DNA of 64,000 nt from Eledone cirrhosa (lineage: Eukaryota): contig OZ024741.1 of NCBI GenBank assembly GCA_964016885.1, positions 334,738,001-334,802,000 on the forward strand. Direction: 5' to 3'. A program made the translations under genes and the position numbers. Positions within the stretch are counted from its first letter, which is position 1; each line of letters opens with the position of its first letter. Positions 1 to 14,315 of this stretch are shown in pieces. A model generated the notes under the pieces. That model was given only the letters and a program-made list of their open reading frames with translations, did not search any database and was not told where the DNA came from.

Positions 1-697
1 GCACACACACACACATGCATACACCACCACACCTATACACAGAGAGAGGCACACACACACACATGCACAGAGAAGCACACACACACTTATACACCAATAA
101 ACACACATGCAGATGCAGAGAGAGGCACGCTTACACACCAATACGCACATAGACACACATAGACACACATAGAGAAGCACATACACTTACACACATGCAC
201 AGACAGGTACACACACTTACACACCAATACACACATACACATGCACAGAGGCGCACAGACTCTGATATACACACTTACATATGGAGAGAGACAACACACA
301 CACACACACACTTACACACATGGAGAAGCACACACACTTACACGCATGGAGAAGCATACACACTTACACATGCATGGAGAAGCATACACACTTACACACA
401 CATGCACAGACAGGTACACACAAATACACACACTTACACACCAATACACAGACATATACATGGGCGCACACACACACACACACAGACACAAACACATACA
501 CCCACATGCACATACAGAGAGAGTTATACACACTTACGCACAAATATCCACACAAGCACATAGAGAGGCACATACACTTACACACCTATACAGACCCATC
601 CACATGCACATATACAGAAAGTAAGGCACACACACCTATACACGCACACTCCTATACACACACAGACACCTATACACACACATACAGAGAAACATAG
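1..697. repeat. Degenerate (CA)n-derived microsatellite/minisatellite
   Basis: Alternating CA with recurrent motifs such as acacacttacac and gagaagca; overlapping His/Thr and Cys/Val ORFs are artefacts. Confidence 0.9.
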
Positions 698-799
698 GCA
701 GGTGTTTGTCCACCAGAGTTAATAATGAGTGTCTGTTTGTTGAAAGACATCATATGTTCTCCTGCTGCTAGTCACTGGTACAGCTCCCCTCTTTGATGA

Positions 800-1400
800 T
801 AAATGATGTGTATACAAGACAACCAACCAACCATCTAACCATCTTCACATGGCTACAAACACTAATGATGTGTATATATGACAACCATCTAACTCTCCAT
901 CTAACCATCTATTCAACCATCCAGCCATCTAGCCATCCAACCATCTAGCCATCTAGCCATCAAGCCATCTCTACATGACTACACACTCTAATGATGTGTA
1001 TATAAGACAACCATCTAACTTTCCAGCCAACCACCCAGTCATCTAGCCATCTAGCCATCCAACCATCCAGCCATCTAGCCATCTAGCCATCTAGCCATCC
1101 AGCCATCTCTACATGGCTACAAACACAAATGATGTATATATAAGACAACTCTCCATTTAACCATCTAAACATCCAACTTTCTAACCATCCAGCCAACCAT
1201 CCAGCCATCTAGCCATCCAGACATCTCTACATGGCTACAAACACTAATGATGTGTATATGACAACCATCTAACTCTCCATTGAACCATCCAAACATCCAA
1301 CCATCTAACCATCCAACCATCTAACCATCCAGCCATTTAACCCTCCCACAATCCATCCAGCCACCCAACCATTCAACCAACCAGCCTCACAAGACTACAA
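800..1400. repeat. Composite minisatellite: (ccatctag/ccatccag)n blocks separated by a recurrent ~45-bp motif
   Basis: Motif ctctacatggctacaaacactaatgatgtgtatat recurs near 845, 970, 1107 and 1225, with CCAT-type repeats between. Confidence 0.8.
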
Positions 1401-1577
1401 AAACAGTAATGAAGTACAGAAGTCCCCCTTATAACATTGATATCAACCTGAGCCTAGTTCAATGTTATCACCATGACACTTCACTGAACTGGAGAAAAAC
1501 TGTTGTCTAATAGTAAAGTGAAATAGTGAAATAATGCAACCTCCAGCACCAATCATGTTCTCTGAATATAGTCTTTT

Positions 1578-1890
1578 GTAGATATATATATATATATAGA
1601 GAGAGAGAGATAAATAGACTGGTAAATATAGATAGATTGGCAGATATAGATAGATAGACAGGCAGATATAGATAGACTGGCAGATATAGATAGACAAACA
1701 GGCAGGTATAGATAGACTGGCAGATATAGATAGACAAACAGGCAGGTATAGATAGACTGGCAGATATAGATAAATAGACAGGCAGATATAGATAGACTGG
1801 CAGATATAGATAGACAAACAGGCAGGTATAGATAGATATACAGATAGAGGTAGGTGGATAGATAGATAGATAGATAGAGGTTAGATACAG
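1578..1890. repeat. (GATA)n-derived minisatellite
   Basis: Repeating gatagactggcagatata / gatagacaaacaggcaggtata units. Confidence 0.85.
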
Positions 1891-2443
1891 AATGGAATGA
1901 CCATTGTGATTAATCCAATCCAGAACGGACAAAAAGATAAACCTCTTTTGTTTGCTTACAAATGGGGGAGATATTGGACTGTGAGCTTTATTTCTATTTG
2001 TATATCATTTCTATTTATTGATGTTGTTGTTATAGTTGTTGTTGTGTGACTCTGCTTGACAGAGACAGAAAGAGAGAGAGAGATAATAGAGTAGGTGAGA
2101 ATCTCTGGTGATTAACTGGACATAATTGGTGGACACGGAAAAGTTGTAAACATTAATATAACACACTGCTAAGCTGTCATGGAAAAGCCATGGAATTAGA
2201 GGTGTGAAAAATCTGTTTATTCTTTACATTACTTTCTTCACAATGACCATTATTGCTCGCTGTTAGCTGTGATTGTTGGTGTTGTTGTGGTTGGTGTTGT
2301 ATCACACCTCCCCCACCATCCCCTTCCATCCACCCATTATCACCTTCACCTTACAATTAATACCTACCTATCTACCAAATCTCTGACTGTATTTCTGCTC
2401 TATTCATCATCAAAACCAGCATTTTTCAAATCACTCCAGTTTT

Positions 2444-2496
<53 letters not shown>

Positions 2497-2511
2497 GCTG
2501 CTGCTAATAAT

Positions 2512-2915
2512 AATTGTTTCTATTTTAGGCACAAGGCCAGCAATTACCCAGTACATTACTGGTACTTTATTTTATCGACCCCGTAAGGATGAAAGGCAAA
2601 GTTAACCTCGGACGGATTTGAACTCAGATCGTAAAGGGACGTAACTATGCTGGAAAGCATGGCGTCCGACCCTCTACCGATCTGCTAATAATGCTACTAC
2701 TTATAATAATGATTTCTGGTATAGGCACAAGGCCAGAAATTTTGGGGGAGGAGAAAGTCGATTAAATCGACCCCACTGTGTTACTGGTACTTTATTTTAT
2801 CGACCCCGTAAGGATGAAAGGCAAAACTAACCTCAGTGAGATTTGAACTCGGAATGTAAAGGGCCGTAACTACATGCAGCAAAGCCTGTTGTCCAATGCT
2901 GTATTGATACTGTTA
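2512..2915 (-). mobile_element. Two adjacent tRNA-derived SINE copies (family B)
   Basis: Minus strand reads B-box-like gagttcaaatc followed by gaggttaactttgcctttcatccttacggggtcgataaaataaagtaccag; same family as 39179-39355, ~25490-25700, ~52155-52382 and ~54640-54790. Confidence 0.8.
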
Positions 2916-3314
2916 TAGTAATAATAATAACAACACATGTCCACCAGCACCATCACTATAAGAATCATCATTTTATGTCTATTTTTCCATTCTAGTAGGG
3001 GTTGGATGGGTCTCTGTTTATATTAGGTTGTCATGTAGGAACTTCCAATTATCCTCTGTCATATGTATCAATCTCCTCCCTCTTGTATATATCACATGGA
3101 GCTTATCTAAACTTATGTTTATTAATTTATTTATTTAATCAAGTTAAATGTCTGTATAGAACTAGTAAGCCATGGCAGAGTAGGGGAAGTATCTAGTACT
3201 TCTTACAGTTGAGAAAGAAAAAAACAAAATAGGCAGAGATAAATGAATATGAAAATAAAAAATAATTTTTTTTAAATAATTAGAACAAAATAGAATTTAA
3301 ATAGGGAAAGCTCC

Positions 3315-3525
3315 AATAGAGATCACAGCTCCGATACTATGAGCATGTGGTTAGAATGTCGAGCAAGATGGTTGGATAACATCCATGGGCACAGCTGGTC
3401 ACACTTGGGGATCCAGCCAGATAAGTTGGAAACAATTTCTTTCTGACAGGACCTGCTGGAAGGAGTGTTTGAGGACTCTATCCCCACAACCCTCCCAAAA
3501 AGGAAAAGAAGATGAAGATGAAGAA
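3315..3525 (+). mobile_element. 3' fragment of RTE-like LINE with GAA-rich tail
   Basis: Homologous to the minus-strand fragment at 8330-8670 (agatggttggataacatc...ggaaggagtgt). Confidence 0.7.
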
Positions 3526-5004
3526 TAGGGAAAACTAATGGAAGACAAAATAAGCATAAAAAATGATAAAGAAAAAATGGGAAGTAAGTGAAGCTGTAAA
3601 GCAGTTAGGAGGTTCTGTTTTTGAAGCTATCTGTAACCTCCATGTACTCAAAGAGAAGTCATTTAGCTTCCATAATCTTTTTTCTATATTTTCCTGACAA
3701 ACTAATTCCATCTGGTACTTATTCTGATGTCACTAATAACTAACTTATGTTGAGTGATATATTCTACCTGAACCCACACCTGGTTGTGTTATACTAAGCT
3801 GTAAGTTTTTTTAAGTCACTGTATTGAAGTTTAAACTTTCCATCATGATTTTATGTAAGAACCTGTGTTAAGTTATTTTTCAAACACTAACTTCATAAAG
3901 AAAGTTAGTTATATTACCAACTTCTTCCAAATTCTTGATTATTTTCTAAAATATTTGAAAATAATAGGCAGTATTTTTCATTTGAAAAATGTTAACAAAA
4001 GGGTTAAAATGTTTATATTCACCTAAAATGCTTCCCTCACAATTTTATGTATGAACTTGTGTTAAGTTATGTTCCAAACACCAGCTTCATAATGAGAAAG
4101 TCAGTCATATTAGTAAATCCTTCCAAATTCTTTATTTTCAAAATTTGAAAATAACAGGCAGTGTCTTTCATCAGGAATATGGTAACAATTGGGTTAAATT
4201 TCTCTTGGAGGTCCTGTATACAGCAACGAAACTTGGACACTTTCAATCATCATCATCATTTAGCGTCCATTTTCCCATGCTAGCATGGGTTAGACAAGTT
4301 TTCCTAACGTTGTGCGACAAATCAGATCAGGTGACAGTGTCTTGCTCATATAGAACTGTTTCAGACTTGGATTCTACAGCTGGAAGCCCTTCCAAGCGCC
4401 AACCACATCCCTCTTCAGTTTCATTTCCATTGTTACCGATGTAGATCTGCAGTTTTCTCAAATTCCTTGTTTTACCAAGTTTATTACCTTATGTAAATAA
4501 TGTTAATTAAAAAAATGATTTTTGATGATCATTAAATTGGACCAAGGAACTAATGTTTCCATTCGTCTTTCCATTACTGATATTATTTGCTGTCCACAGC
4601 TCCTGGTAAAAAAAGGAACATGAAATAATGATTTTTTTTTTCCTTTATATTGGACCAAGGAACCAATGTTTCCATTGGTCTTTCCATTGCTGATACTATC
4701 TAGCAGTCACAACTCCAGGCTGAAATAATGTCTTTTGCTCAAGAACGCAACACACTGCATGTCCAAGAATTGAACCCGCAACCTTATGTATGATTGTGAG
4801 TCTAACACTCTAACCACTATGCCACAACCCCTTATGCTGAAACATTCCACTCAGATCATTCAACGCAGCCTCCATCTCCATCACCTACCTACTTCTTTTT
4901 AACCCTTCCTCTCCACTCTCCAATAGCAATATTCTTGTTACAACTGTTGTTACCAACACCCTGTATGTACTCTGCAGATCCTACCCCCTAGCACTACAGC
5001 TTTC

Positions 5005-6705
5005 TCCACCACCACTGCCACCCTCACCACCATCACCACACCACCACCACTGCTATCACCACCACCACTATCACTGCCGCCACCCTCACCACCACCATCA
5101 CTATCACCACCGCCACCCTCACCACCACCACTGCTATCACCACCACCACTATCACTGCCGCCGCCCTCACCACCACCATCACTATCACCACCGCCACCCT
5201 CACCACCACCACTGCTATCACCACCACCACTATCACTGCCGCTGCCCTCACCACCACCATCACTATGACCACCGCCACCCTCACCACCCTCACCACACCA
5301 CCACCACTATCACTGCCGCCGCCCTCACCACCACCATTACTATCACCACTACCACCCTCACCACCACTACCACCACCACCACCACCACCACCACCACTAT
5401 CACCACCATCACCACCACTACTATCACCTTGACCACTATCTCACCACCAGCAGCATTATTACACCCAACTATGTTAAATGCATCAAGAACCTCACCACTA
5501 ACACCACCACCATTATCAACACTACTACTGTCACCCTTACTGCTACCATCACCAACATAATCACTATAGTACCCACTTGTGTTATGAGTGTCAACAATCT
5601 CACTACAACCACCACCACCACTGCCATCACCACCACAACCACCACCACACCCACCACCATCACCCCACCCTCATCTCACCTTCACCCTCACCCTCATCAT
5701 CATCCCACCACCACCACCACCACCATTGTCAACATCTTCATCACTGCCACCACTCCCCCACCCCCACCCCTCAACCCACCACCACCACCACCACCCTCAC
5801 CCCACCACCCTCACCACGCTCACCCCACCTCCCTCACACCACCACCACCACCACCACCCTCACACCACCACCACCACCACCACACTCACCCCGCCACCAC
5901 CACCACCGCCACCCTCACCACACTCACCCCACCGCCCTCACACCACCACCACCACCACCACCCTCACACCACCACCACCACCACCACCACCACCACCACC
6001 ACCACCACCCTCACCACCACCTCCACCACCACCCTCACCACCACCACCACCACCACCACCAATCATACCAAACACCATTCACAGCTATTACACTTTGAAG
6101 TTGTTTGCCATCATTCAATAAAGGCTGATGATTGTTTTTCAGTTAATTATATTATCTTTCTGATGTTGGAAGGTGTTATAATTACCAGGCACCACACCAC
6201 CACCACCACTACACTACACCACCATCACTACACTACACTACACTACACCACCACCACTACACTACACCACCACCACTACACTACACTACACCACCACCAC
6301 CACTACACTACACTACACCACCATCACTACACTACACTACACTACACCACCACCACTACACTACACCACCACCACTACACTACACTACACTACACCACCA
6401 CCAACACTGCACTTCACTACACCACCACCACTACACTACTGCACTACACTACTACCACACCACCACTACACTAGTGCACTACACTACACCACCACCACTA
6501 CACTACTGCACTACACCACCACCACCACTGCACTTCACTACACCACCACACCACCACCAAACCACTACAACATTACGCCACTACTGTACCACCACACCAC
6601 CACCACCACACCACTACAGTACTACACCACTACACCACCACCAAACCACTACAACATTACTCCACTACTGTACCACCACACCACCACCACCACACTACTA
6701 CCAAC
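5005..6705. repeat. (ACC)n/(ACT)n trinucleotide-derived low-complexity tract with 60-bp sub-repeats
   Basis: Poly-His/Thr/Pro ORFs in all frames; no coding signal. Confidence 0.9.
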
Positions 6706-7312
6706 AATGTTTGTTTGCTTATTACTTCTCTCATCTCTCCCCTCCCTTCCACTCTTTTCTCTTTTTTTACTTTTTAATCATAAACTCCAAATATGTCTTT
6801 TCCTGGGTAAGGTCTCTCTTATTGATTTCTTAATCTTTTCCGCTTATTTCATTTTTTTCTTCTATTTTATCATCTTTTACCATCTTTTTATTTTTCCTCT
6901 TTTCATTTCATGTTTTTCTTTCTTTTTATTTTTTTTTTTCCATTTTTTTCCCAGTTTTATTTTTATCCGCCCCACCCCACACCTACCTCGTCTTTATGTC
7001 AAAGTTCGTTTGCTGTCAACATGTTTTGGAAAACTCCCGTCAGCAAGGAAGTCTTTCTACCTTTTATACTATATTTCAGATGGACTTAAATTTAGATCTT
7101 CTCTCTAAATAATGAACATATCGGTATAAACAGTTTTTTTTTTCTTTCAGTCTTTTTTACCTACCAAAGTCAATATCCTGACTGTTCAAAGAAAAATTAA
7201 TAACCTTCTCCTCACCTGTCACTCCTTCTCCTGTCTCTCTCCCTCTCTCTTCTGTCTCTCTTTCTCTCTGCTGTCTCTCTCCTTCTCTCTCCTGTCACTC
7301 TTCTCTCTCTTT

Positions 7313-7512
7313 NNNNNNNNNNNNNNNNNNNNNNNNNNNNNNNNNNNNNNNNNNNNNNNNNNNNNNNNNNNNNNNNNNNNNNNNNNNNNNNNNNNNNNNN
7401 NNNNNNNNNNNNNNNNNNNNNNNNNNNNNNNNNNNNNNNNNNNNNNNNNNNNNNNNNNNNNNNNNNNNNNNNNNNNNNNNNNNNNNNNNNNNNNNNNNNN
7501 NNNNNNNNNNNN
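7313..7512. other. Assembly gap (200 N)
   Basis: Run of N. Confidence 1.
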
Positions 7513-7769
7513 TTTCTTCAGTAAAAACTAGAAATAAGAAATTCCCTCCCCCCACCTACCCACACACCCAGAGCCACCTACAGCCAACAATCAAAAGCAT
7601 GATTTGGTGCAATATTGCCTGTGAAGTTGGACATTAATTTACTCAATAATATACTTCACCAGTTTTTTTCCTCTCTGATCAGCTAATTTTCGAGAATTTC
7701 CCATGATTGCTGACTCAGAAAAGTTTCATTCCGTCTTCAGTTTCTTTAGAAGTTTTATTCTCCCAACCT

Positions 7770-7841
<72 letters not shown>

Positions 7842-8154
7842 TATATGTGTGCGTGTGTATTTATGTGTATGTATATATATATATACGTGTATATATGTGT
7901 ATACATGTATATATATATATGTATGTGTATATATGTATCTATCTCTCTCTCTCTATATATATATATATGTGTGTATGTATGTGTGTATATCAGAAAAGTC
8001 AACAAGGACACACAACTGTTAAAACAATACAATACAATGATGAATAGTTTAACTTAATTCTGTGTTCCCAGCAATCTTAAGATGTACAGAAGAAGTGTTT
8101 GCTTCAGGTGTCTTTATCTTGAAATCACTGGTGATGTAGACTTAAGTCATCACC

Positions 8155-8670
8155 TCCTTCTCCTTCTTCTTCTTCTTCTTTGTCTTCTTCTTCTTCTTTG
8201 TCTTTTTCTTCTTCGTTTTCTTCTTCTTCTTCTTCTTCTTCTTCTCCTTCTTCTTCTTCTTCTTCTTCTTCTTCTTCTTCTTCTTCTTCTTCTTCTTCTT
8301 CTTCTTCTTCGCCTTCTCCTCCTTCTCCTTCACCCACATATTCCTGAAAGGGTTGTGGTGTCATCGTCTTCACACACTCCTTCCAGTGAGTCCTGTCAGA
8401 AGCAACCGTTTCCAACTGATCTGGCTGGATCCTCAAGTGAGACCAGCGGTGCTTATAGATGTTATCCAGCCATCTTGCTTGGGGTCTACCCATGGGGTCC
8501 CTTCCCTGTTAGTTTTACCTGTAAAATCTGTCCAGCAATTCTTTCCTTAGACATTCTGACTGCATGTCTCAAGTATCAGAGCTGTGATCTCTCAATTTGA
8601 AGAGATAGTTCTACCTTGATCGACACCCAGATCTCTGAACCACACACTCTATTGAGTAATGCTACTCCAA
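8155..8670 (-). mobile_element. 3' end of RTE-like LINE followed by long (GAA)n tail/microsatellite
   Basis: Minus-strand peptide GRPQARWLDNI...LETVASDRTHWKECV resembles an RTE ORF C-terminus (GRPxxRWxD...DRxxWR); (GAA)n runs 8155-8330. Confidence 0.75.
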
Positions 8671-9087
8671 AGATTCTTCCATCATAATTTTATGTACTAA
8701 GCACCAACTTAATGAAGAGAAACTTAGTTATATTTCTAAATCTTTTCAAATTTTGGATTATTTCAAAAGTGATTTGAAAATCATAGGCAATTTTTTTATT
8801 AGAAATATAACAAAAAGGTTAAAGGGTTCCTAATATAATTTTATATAGTAACCTTTTGTTAAATTACTATTTGAGTAATGAAATAATAAATAATTTTTAA
8901 TATATCACTGCAAATTATTCATAAATCAAACGTAACACAGTGTGTTTCATTAGAAATATGGCCATGAAAGGATTAAAATAGGTAAAAAAAAAGTACAAAA
9001 TAAACTGATGGGTAGAGAAACAAAAGAACCAGTAATTGCTGAATAAGAAATCAAACATTTTGAAGTATCTAACCCTTTAGCATTTAC

Positions 9088-9562
9088 GAGCAGTAGAAGT
9101 TGATGGAAACCGCGGAGTGGGGAAACCCAAGATGACCTGGGATGAAGTGATAAAAGCCGACCTTACCCAATTGCACCTCTCAAAGACAATGACACACGAC
9201 CGTGACTTCTGGTGTCACGCAGTAATACAGAGTACCCGACCTCCCATGGGTACAAGCTGAAGCATATAGACAATATGCCCCCACACCCCCCACCGCAAAG
9301 TGGTTATGGAGGTGCCACGGCAAAAAAGCACCCAGCCCACACTGTAAAGTGGACGTGTAGGCGCCACGAAAAAGCACCCAGCACTCACTGTAAATGAGGT
9401 TGGTGTTAGGAAGGGCATCCAGCTGTAGAAATCAAGCCAAATCAGTTCCTGTATGAGCAAGGCATGGTCAGCCGACCAGACACTACCCACAATAGGACAA
9501 CCCGTCTAACCCATGCTAGCGTGGAAGAACGGACGTAAAACGGTGATGATGATGATGATGAT
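9088..9562 (+). mobile_element. 5'-truncated RTE LINE 3' end nested in a piggyBac-like MITE (9073-9765)
   Basis: Nearly identical to 32027-32500 including the (GAT)n tail; flanks rejoin into the CCCTTTAGCATT...AATGCTAAAGGG MITE seen intact at 11418-11636. Confidence 0.9.
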
Positions 9563-10147
9563 TACTCTATATTTACTATTGTATTTTCGCAGTAAAGACT
9601 TTACCTTACACAATTATCTCACATAATATTGAATCTGAGATTTTGATATTTTTTTATTTTGAGAACAATACCTTAACATAAGTATGAGTGGCTGGCTACA
9701 GCCGGTTTGAGCAGAAAGAGGTGAGAGAATTCTGGCCGGATATGGCTGGTTTAAATGCTAAAGGGTTAAAACAAGAACTTTATATTTCTTTATAATACCA
9801 ATTCTATTTCTGAAAGTTCTGCCAGGTGTTGTGACTGGTAGATAATACTAGTGATGTAAAGACCAATGGAAACCTTGTTTCTTTGGTCCAATTTGACAGG
9901 TTCCACCCCACTCAGTATGCAAATAAGGTTTGCAATCTTGTCAATAGATTCGATGGATGGATTGAGTGATTTCTGAAAGAAAAGCGCAGATTTTATTTGT
10001 TTGTTTATTTGTTTATTTATTTATCTATTTATTTATTTATTTATTTATTTATTTTTTAAATTTTAACAAAAACAAACTATTGCCATTTTTCTATTGTAAA
10101 TACTTTAATTCTTCTAAATGTTTTCTGTTTGAAAATTACAATTGTGG

Positions 10148-10205
<58 letters not shown>

Positions 10206-10736
10206 GTGTGTGTGTGTATATGTATATATATTTTTTTCTTTTTACCCACCACCCATCATTTCATTTCAATCAATTTTATTTCCTCAAATAAAATAAAAAT
10301 AAAAATTAATCAAGTAATGTAAATACAGAAAGAAAAAAAATACAGAGGAAGTAAAAACAAAAACAAAATAAAAATCTGCATTTCAGGGACGAAACATTCA
10401 GTTTAATTGTAAAACAAACTACAAACCAAACAAAGATAGCTAAAGATTTAATTAGCAGAAAACTTGTATATTTTATATCTATGTGTTGGTACGTGAGGAG
10501 TAAGTTTACATTTCTCACTTCTCTCTCTCTCTATTTAATTTCGCTAAATGCTGTCGATGAAATCAAATGTTGAGTTCCATCTTCACGTTTACTTCTTCTT
10601 CATCTTCACCATGTGTGACAATTAATCAACTTTTTCTTAGTTCCAGCACACATTCCAAATATACGGTAACTAGTGTAGGAACAATAACATATACAGTCCC
10701 CCCTCTTTCCCTCTCTCTCCATAGCACCACACTCAC

Positions 10737-11057
10737 AGAACCAAAGACACACACACACAGTTCAGTGTTCTCCCCCTCCCTCTCTCTCTTATTGATATAG
10801 CATCATCACAGACACTTATATTGAACCAAAGACATACACACACACACGCATAACCAAAGACACACACACATATACATAGAACCAAAGACAGACACACACA
10901 CATGCACACACACACACACACAGAACCAAAGACACACATACACAGAACCAAAGACACACACAGATACAGAACCAAAGACACACACACAGATACACAGAAC
11001 CAAAGACGTACACACACACACAGAACCAAAGACACACACACACACAGAACCAAAGAC
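10737..11057. repeat. Minisatellite of (ca)gaaccaaagac units with variable (CA)n spacers
   Basis: About 11 copies of aaccaaagac separated by CA runs. Confidence 0.85.
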
Positions 11058-11417
11058 ATCACACCGCTGCCATATAACTGCAGCAGTAAGGAAACAGTTC
11101 CACACTAGAATACGCAGCTCCTTGGAAAACATAACAGAAAACAGTTCTACTTTTCTCTCTCTGTGTAACCTCCTCTCTGTTTTTATCTATCTATCTAACT
11201 TTCTTTGTCTGTCTCTCTCTTCTTCGATTATACTAACCTTGTTCCCCCCCTCTCTCTCTCTCTGTTTTTCTCTCCCTAAACTCTCTCTCTCTCTCTCTCC
11301 CTAAACTCTCTCTTTCACTCATATAACTCTTTCCTGTATCAGTCTATCACTGCTTGTAGATCTCATATCTCTTTTTCTCCTTTCCATCTCTCACTCTTTC
11401 TAATTCACTGCTTCTTA

Positions 11418-11636
11418 CCCCTTTAGCATTTAAACCAGGCCATATCTGGCCAGAATTCTCTCACCTCTTTCTATTCAAACTGGCCATAACTGGCTACTCA
11501 TACTAATGTTAAGATATTCTCAAAATAAATATCAAAATCACATAGATTTGATATTATGTGAGATAATTATGTAAGGTAAAGACTTTACTGTGAAAATATA
11601 ATAATATGTATTTAGAGTAATTTAAATGCTAAAGGG
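11418..11636. mobile_element. piggyBac-like MITE
   Basis: Terminal inverted repeats ccctttagcatttaaa / tttaaatgctaaaggg with TTAA-like flanks; related copies at 9073-9765 and 12466-12668. Confidence 0.7.
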
Positions 11637-12465
11637 TTAGCACTTATAGTTCCTATGATTGGACAACTTTCATGTCACTAATCATTTTACAAAATGGACT
11701 GGGTGCATTTTATCTTGGCACCTGCACTACAGTTGTTGTTTTGTCATCAACCGGACACTAGAAACTTCTGTGCTTGGTCTTTTTTTATTTCATTGACAAC
11801 CATTTACAGAGTGCAATGGTTTGGATTTTATCATGGCACCAGCATCATAGGATTGGTTGTCTAGACCCCAGAATGGTGAAAGAGGACCAGCATGGGAATA
11901 ACAAAGAAGAAAAAAAGTAACAAACGAACTGTCATGTTATGAGACTAGATTGGTCAGGTGACTCCTTCATCCATTTTGCTTTTAGCTTGGCTGTCTATAG
12001 CTGGATGCCCTTCCTAATGCCAACTACTTTCCAATCCATTCCAGAGCATTCTCACTCCTGTTTGAGGTACCCCACCCTGGTTGACCTCAATTCGTTTTGG
12101 TCATGCCTGCAGGGGCACACTTGATGAGGCTATTTAATCCATAGTTCGGGTGGATGGCCATTGACTTTGAGTAGTTCATCCACCCTTTTAACAACTCTTG
12201 ATTTTTGTGCTTCTGTGGTTTCACATACCCTCCCTCACGAGACCAGGGTCTGGTTGGGGAGCCAGTTTAGTCATCAATCATTCGACCATAAAGCATGTTG
12301 TACTCGGTTACATGGTACCAGTTGCAGACAGAAGCCTCACCTAACAAGACCAGACTAGGTTCTGGTAGGGGAGCCAGTTTAGTTGCTGACCACTCAACCA
12401 TGAAGCAGTTTGTACTGGGTTGCATGGTACCTGCTCTAACACCAAATTACTTTGGAACCTTTTAA

Positions 12466-12668
12466 CCCTTTTTCATTTAAACTGGTCGGATCCGGCCCAA
12501 ATGTTCTCACCTTTTTCTGTTCAAACCAGTTGTAACTGGAGTTCATACTGATGTTAACGTAGTGTTCTCAAAATAAATATTGAATCTATGAGATTTTGAT
12601 ATTAGTGAGACAAAGCCTTTTCTGTGAAGATACAATAATAAATATAGAGTAATGTGAATACTAAAGGG
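12466..12668. mobile_element. piggyBac-like MITE
   Basis: TTAA|CCCTTT...AAAGGG|TTAA with TTAA on both sides. Confidence 0.7.
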
Positions 12669-13286
12669 TTAATAGCTAAAATAAATATAACCAAAGGAAT
12701 TCACTATAGTTGGTTTTAAGGACCAACAATCTCCAGTTCATCAAGGAATGTTTGTTTACTCAGTCATTGGATTCAAACAATTTACAAGATAGTTCTAGTT
12801 GAATTTCAGAAAAAGAAATACATAAAATAAACAAATATAGAAACTAAAATATTTTGTTCTAGAATGTTTTTAATTTCCAGGAAAACATGTTATTTTTCTT
12901 CCAAAATTCTATACTAATTTGCATAATTATTCTAAATGAATTATTTTTCTAATCAGTAATTTTTTCAAAATGTATTGCAGTGCCTAGGGGTATGCAATAT
13001 GCTAATTTTTTTTCACTTCTTTCTAAAAATGTAGAAAATATCAGGAAAGTATTCGGTTCATTGTCACACCCCCACCCCCACCCCGCCCAACCACACACAC
13101 AGAGACCCTGAAAGGGGTCCTAAAACACTACTATTCCTTCTTGGACTAAACCATTATAGAAAATATTATATTCATGTATCTGTTTGTAAATATGTATATA
13201 TCATCATCATCATCATCATCATCATCATCGTTTAAGACCTGCTTTCCCTGCTAGCAAGAATATATGTGTATATGTGTATAAATATA

Positions 13287-13327
<41 letters not shown>

Positions 13328-13355
13328 GTGTATATATATGCATATATATATATAT

Positions 13356-14265
13356 ATACTATCAATAATAATGAGTTCACAACTCAGGCAGTCTTTTACA
13401 ATGAAATAGTTCAAAGAAAGAGGTATTTCTGAGCCGTGTAATACAAGTTAATATAAATTAATATATTTGATAAACACAAATACCAACATATTCATGTTTG
13501 TATTGTAAATGACCAAGTTAGCTAGATTGAAATATACTAATAATATTAATACATTTTGACTGTCTCGATTTAAGATAATAAATCAATAAAAACAAATCAT
13601 ATTGGCAATGGCCGTAGTGCTTGGACAAATTTGAATTTCAAAATCAAACCTGTTCCGTAGAAAGGTTTAAACGTTAAAATCCAAATATGTTTCGAATAAT
13701 GAAAAAGTGAAAGAATACCGCATTTTGATCTCCTCAGCAAGCACTATAAAAATTGGTATGTTTCACTTCAAAATATTTAGAAAGACTGATTAACGCACAT
13801 GGTATTTCACGCGGTTATCCAGTGTCTAGCTGTCACATACTCGTGCTGCTAGAAATAACAGCCGTTTGTATAGGGCTAAATTCAGCTCAACAAAAGAGCA
13901 GTGATACTATCAATAATAATGAGTTCAAAACTCAGGCAGTCTTTTACAATGAAATAGCTCAAAGAAAGAGGTATTTCTGAGCCGTGTAATACAAATTAAT
14001 ATAAATTAATATATTTGATAAACACAAATACCAACATATTCATGTCTACGGAACAGGTTTGATTTTGAAATTTAAATTTGGCCAAGCACTACGGCCATTG
14101 CTAATATGATTTGTTTTTATTGATTTATTATCTTAAATCGAGACAGGCAAAATGTATTATTATTATTAGTATATTTCAATCTAGCTAACTTGGTCATTTA
14201 CAATACAAACATGAATATGTTGGTATTTGTGTTTATCAAATATATTAATTTATATTAACTTGTAT
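13356..14265 (-). mobile_element. Hammerhead-bearing Penelope-like/retrozyme element, 548-bp unit with partial tandem and inverted segment, in (TA)n
   Basis: 13356-13496 is repeated at 13904-14044 (period 548); 14045-14265 is the reverse complement of ~13441-13661; (TA)n on both sides. Confidence 0.8.
13615..13746 (-). ncRNA. Type I hammerhead ribozyme candidate (long helix III)
   Basis: Minus strand: UAGUGCUUG CUGAGGA GA...UC GAAACAUAUUUGGA...C(UACG)G...UUCAAAUUUGUC CAAGCACUA; 9-bp perfect helix I and GUC cleavage triplet. Confidence 0.75.
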
Positions 14266-14315
14266 ATATATATATATATGTATATACATGTATGTATATA
14301 TATATATATATATAT

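Noticed and set aside
10737-11057. Repeat-spacer pattern resembling a CRISPR array
   Set aside because: The repeats are only ~12 bp, the spacers are (CA)n, the context is eukaryotic and there are no cas genes.
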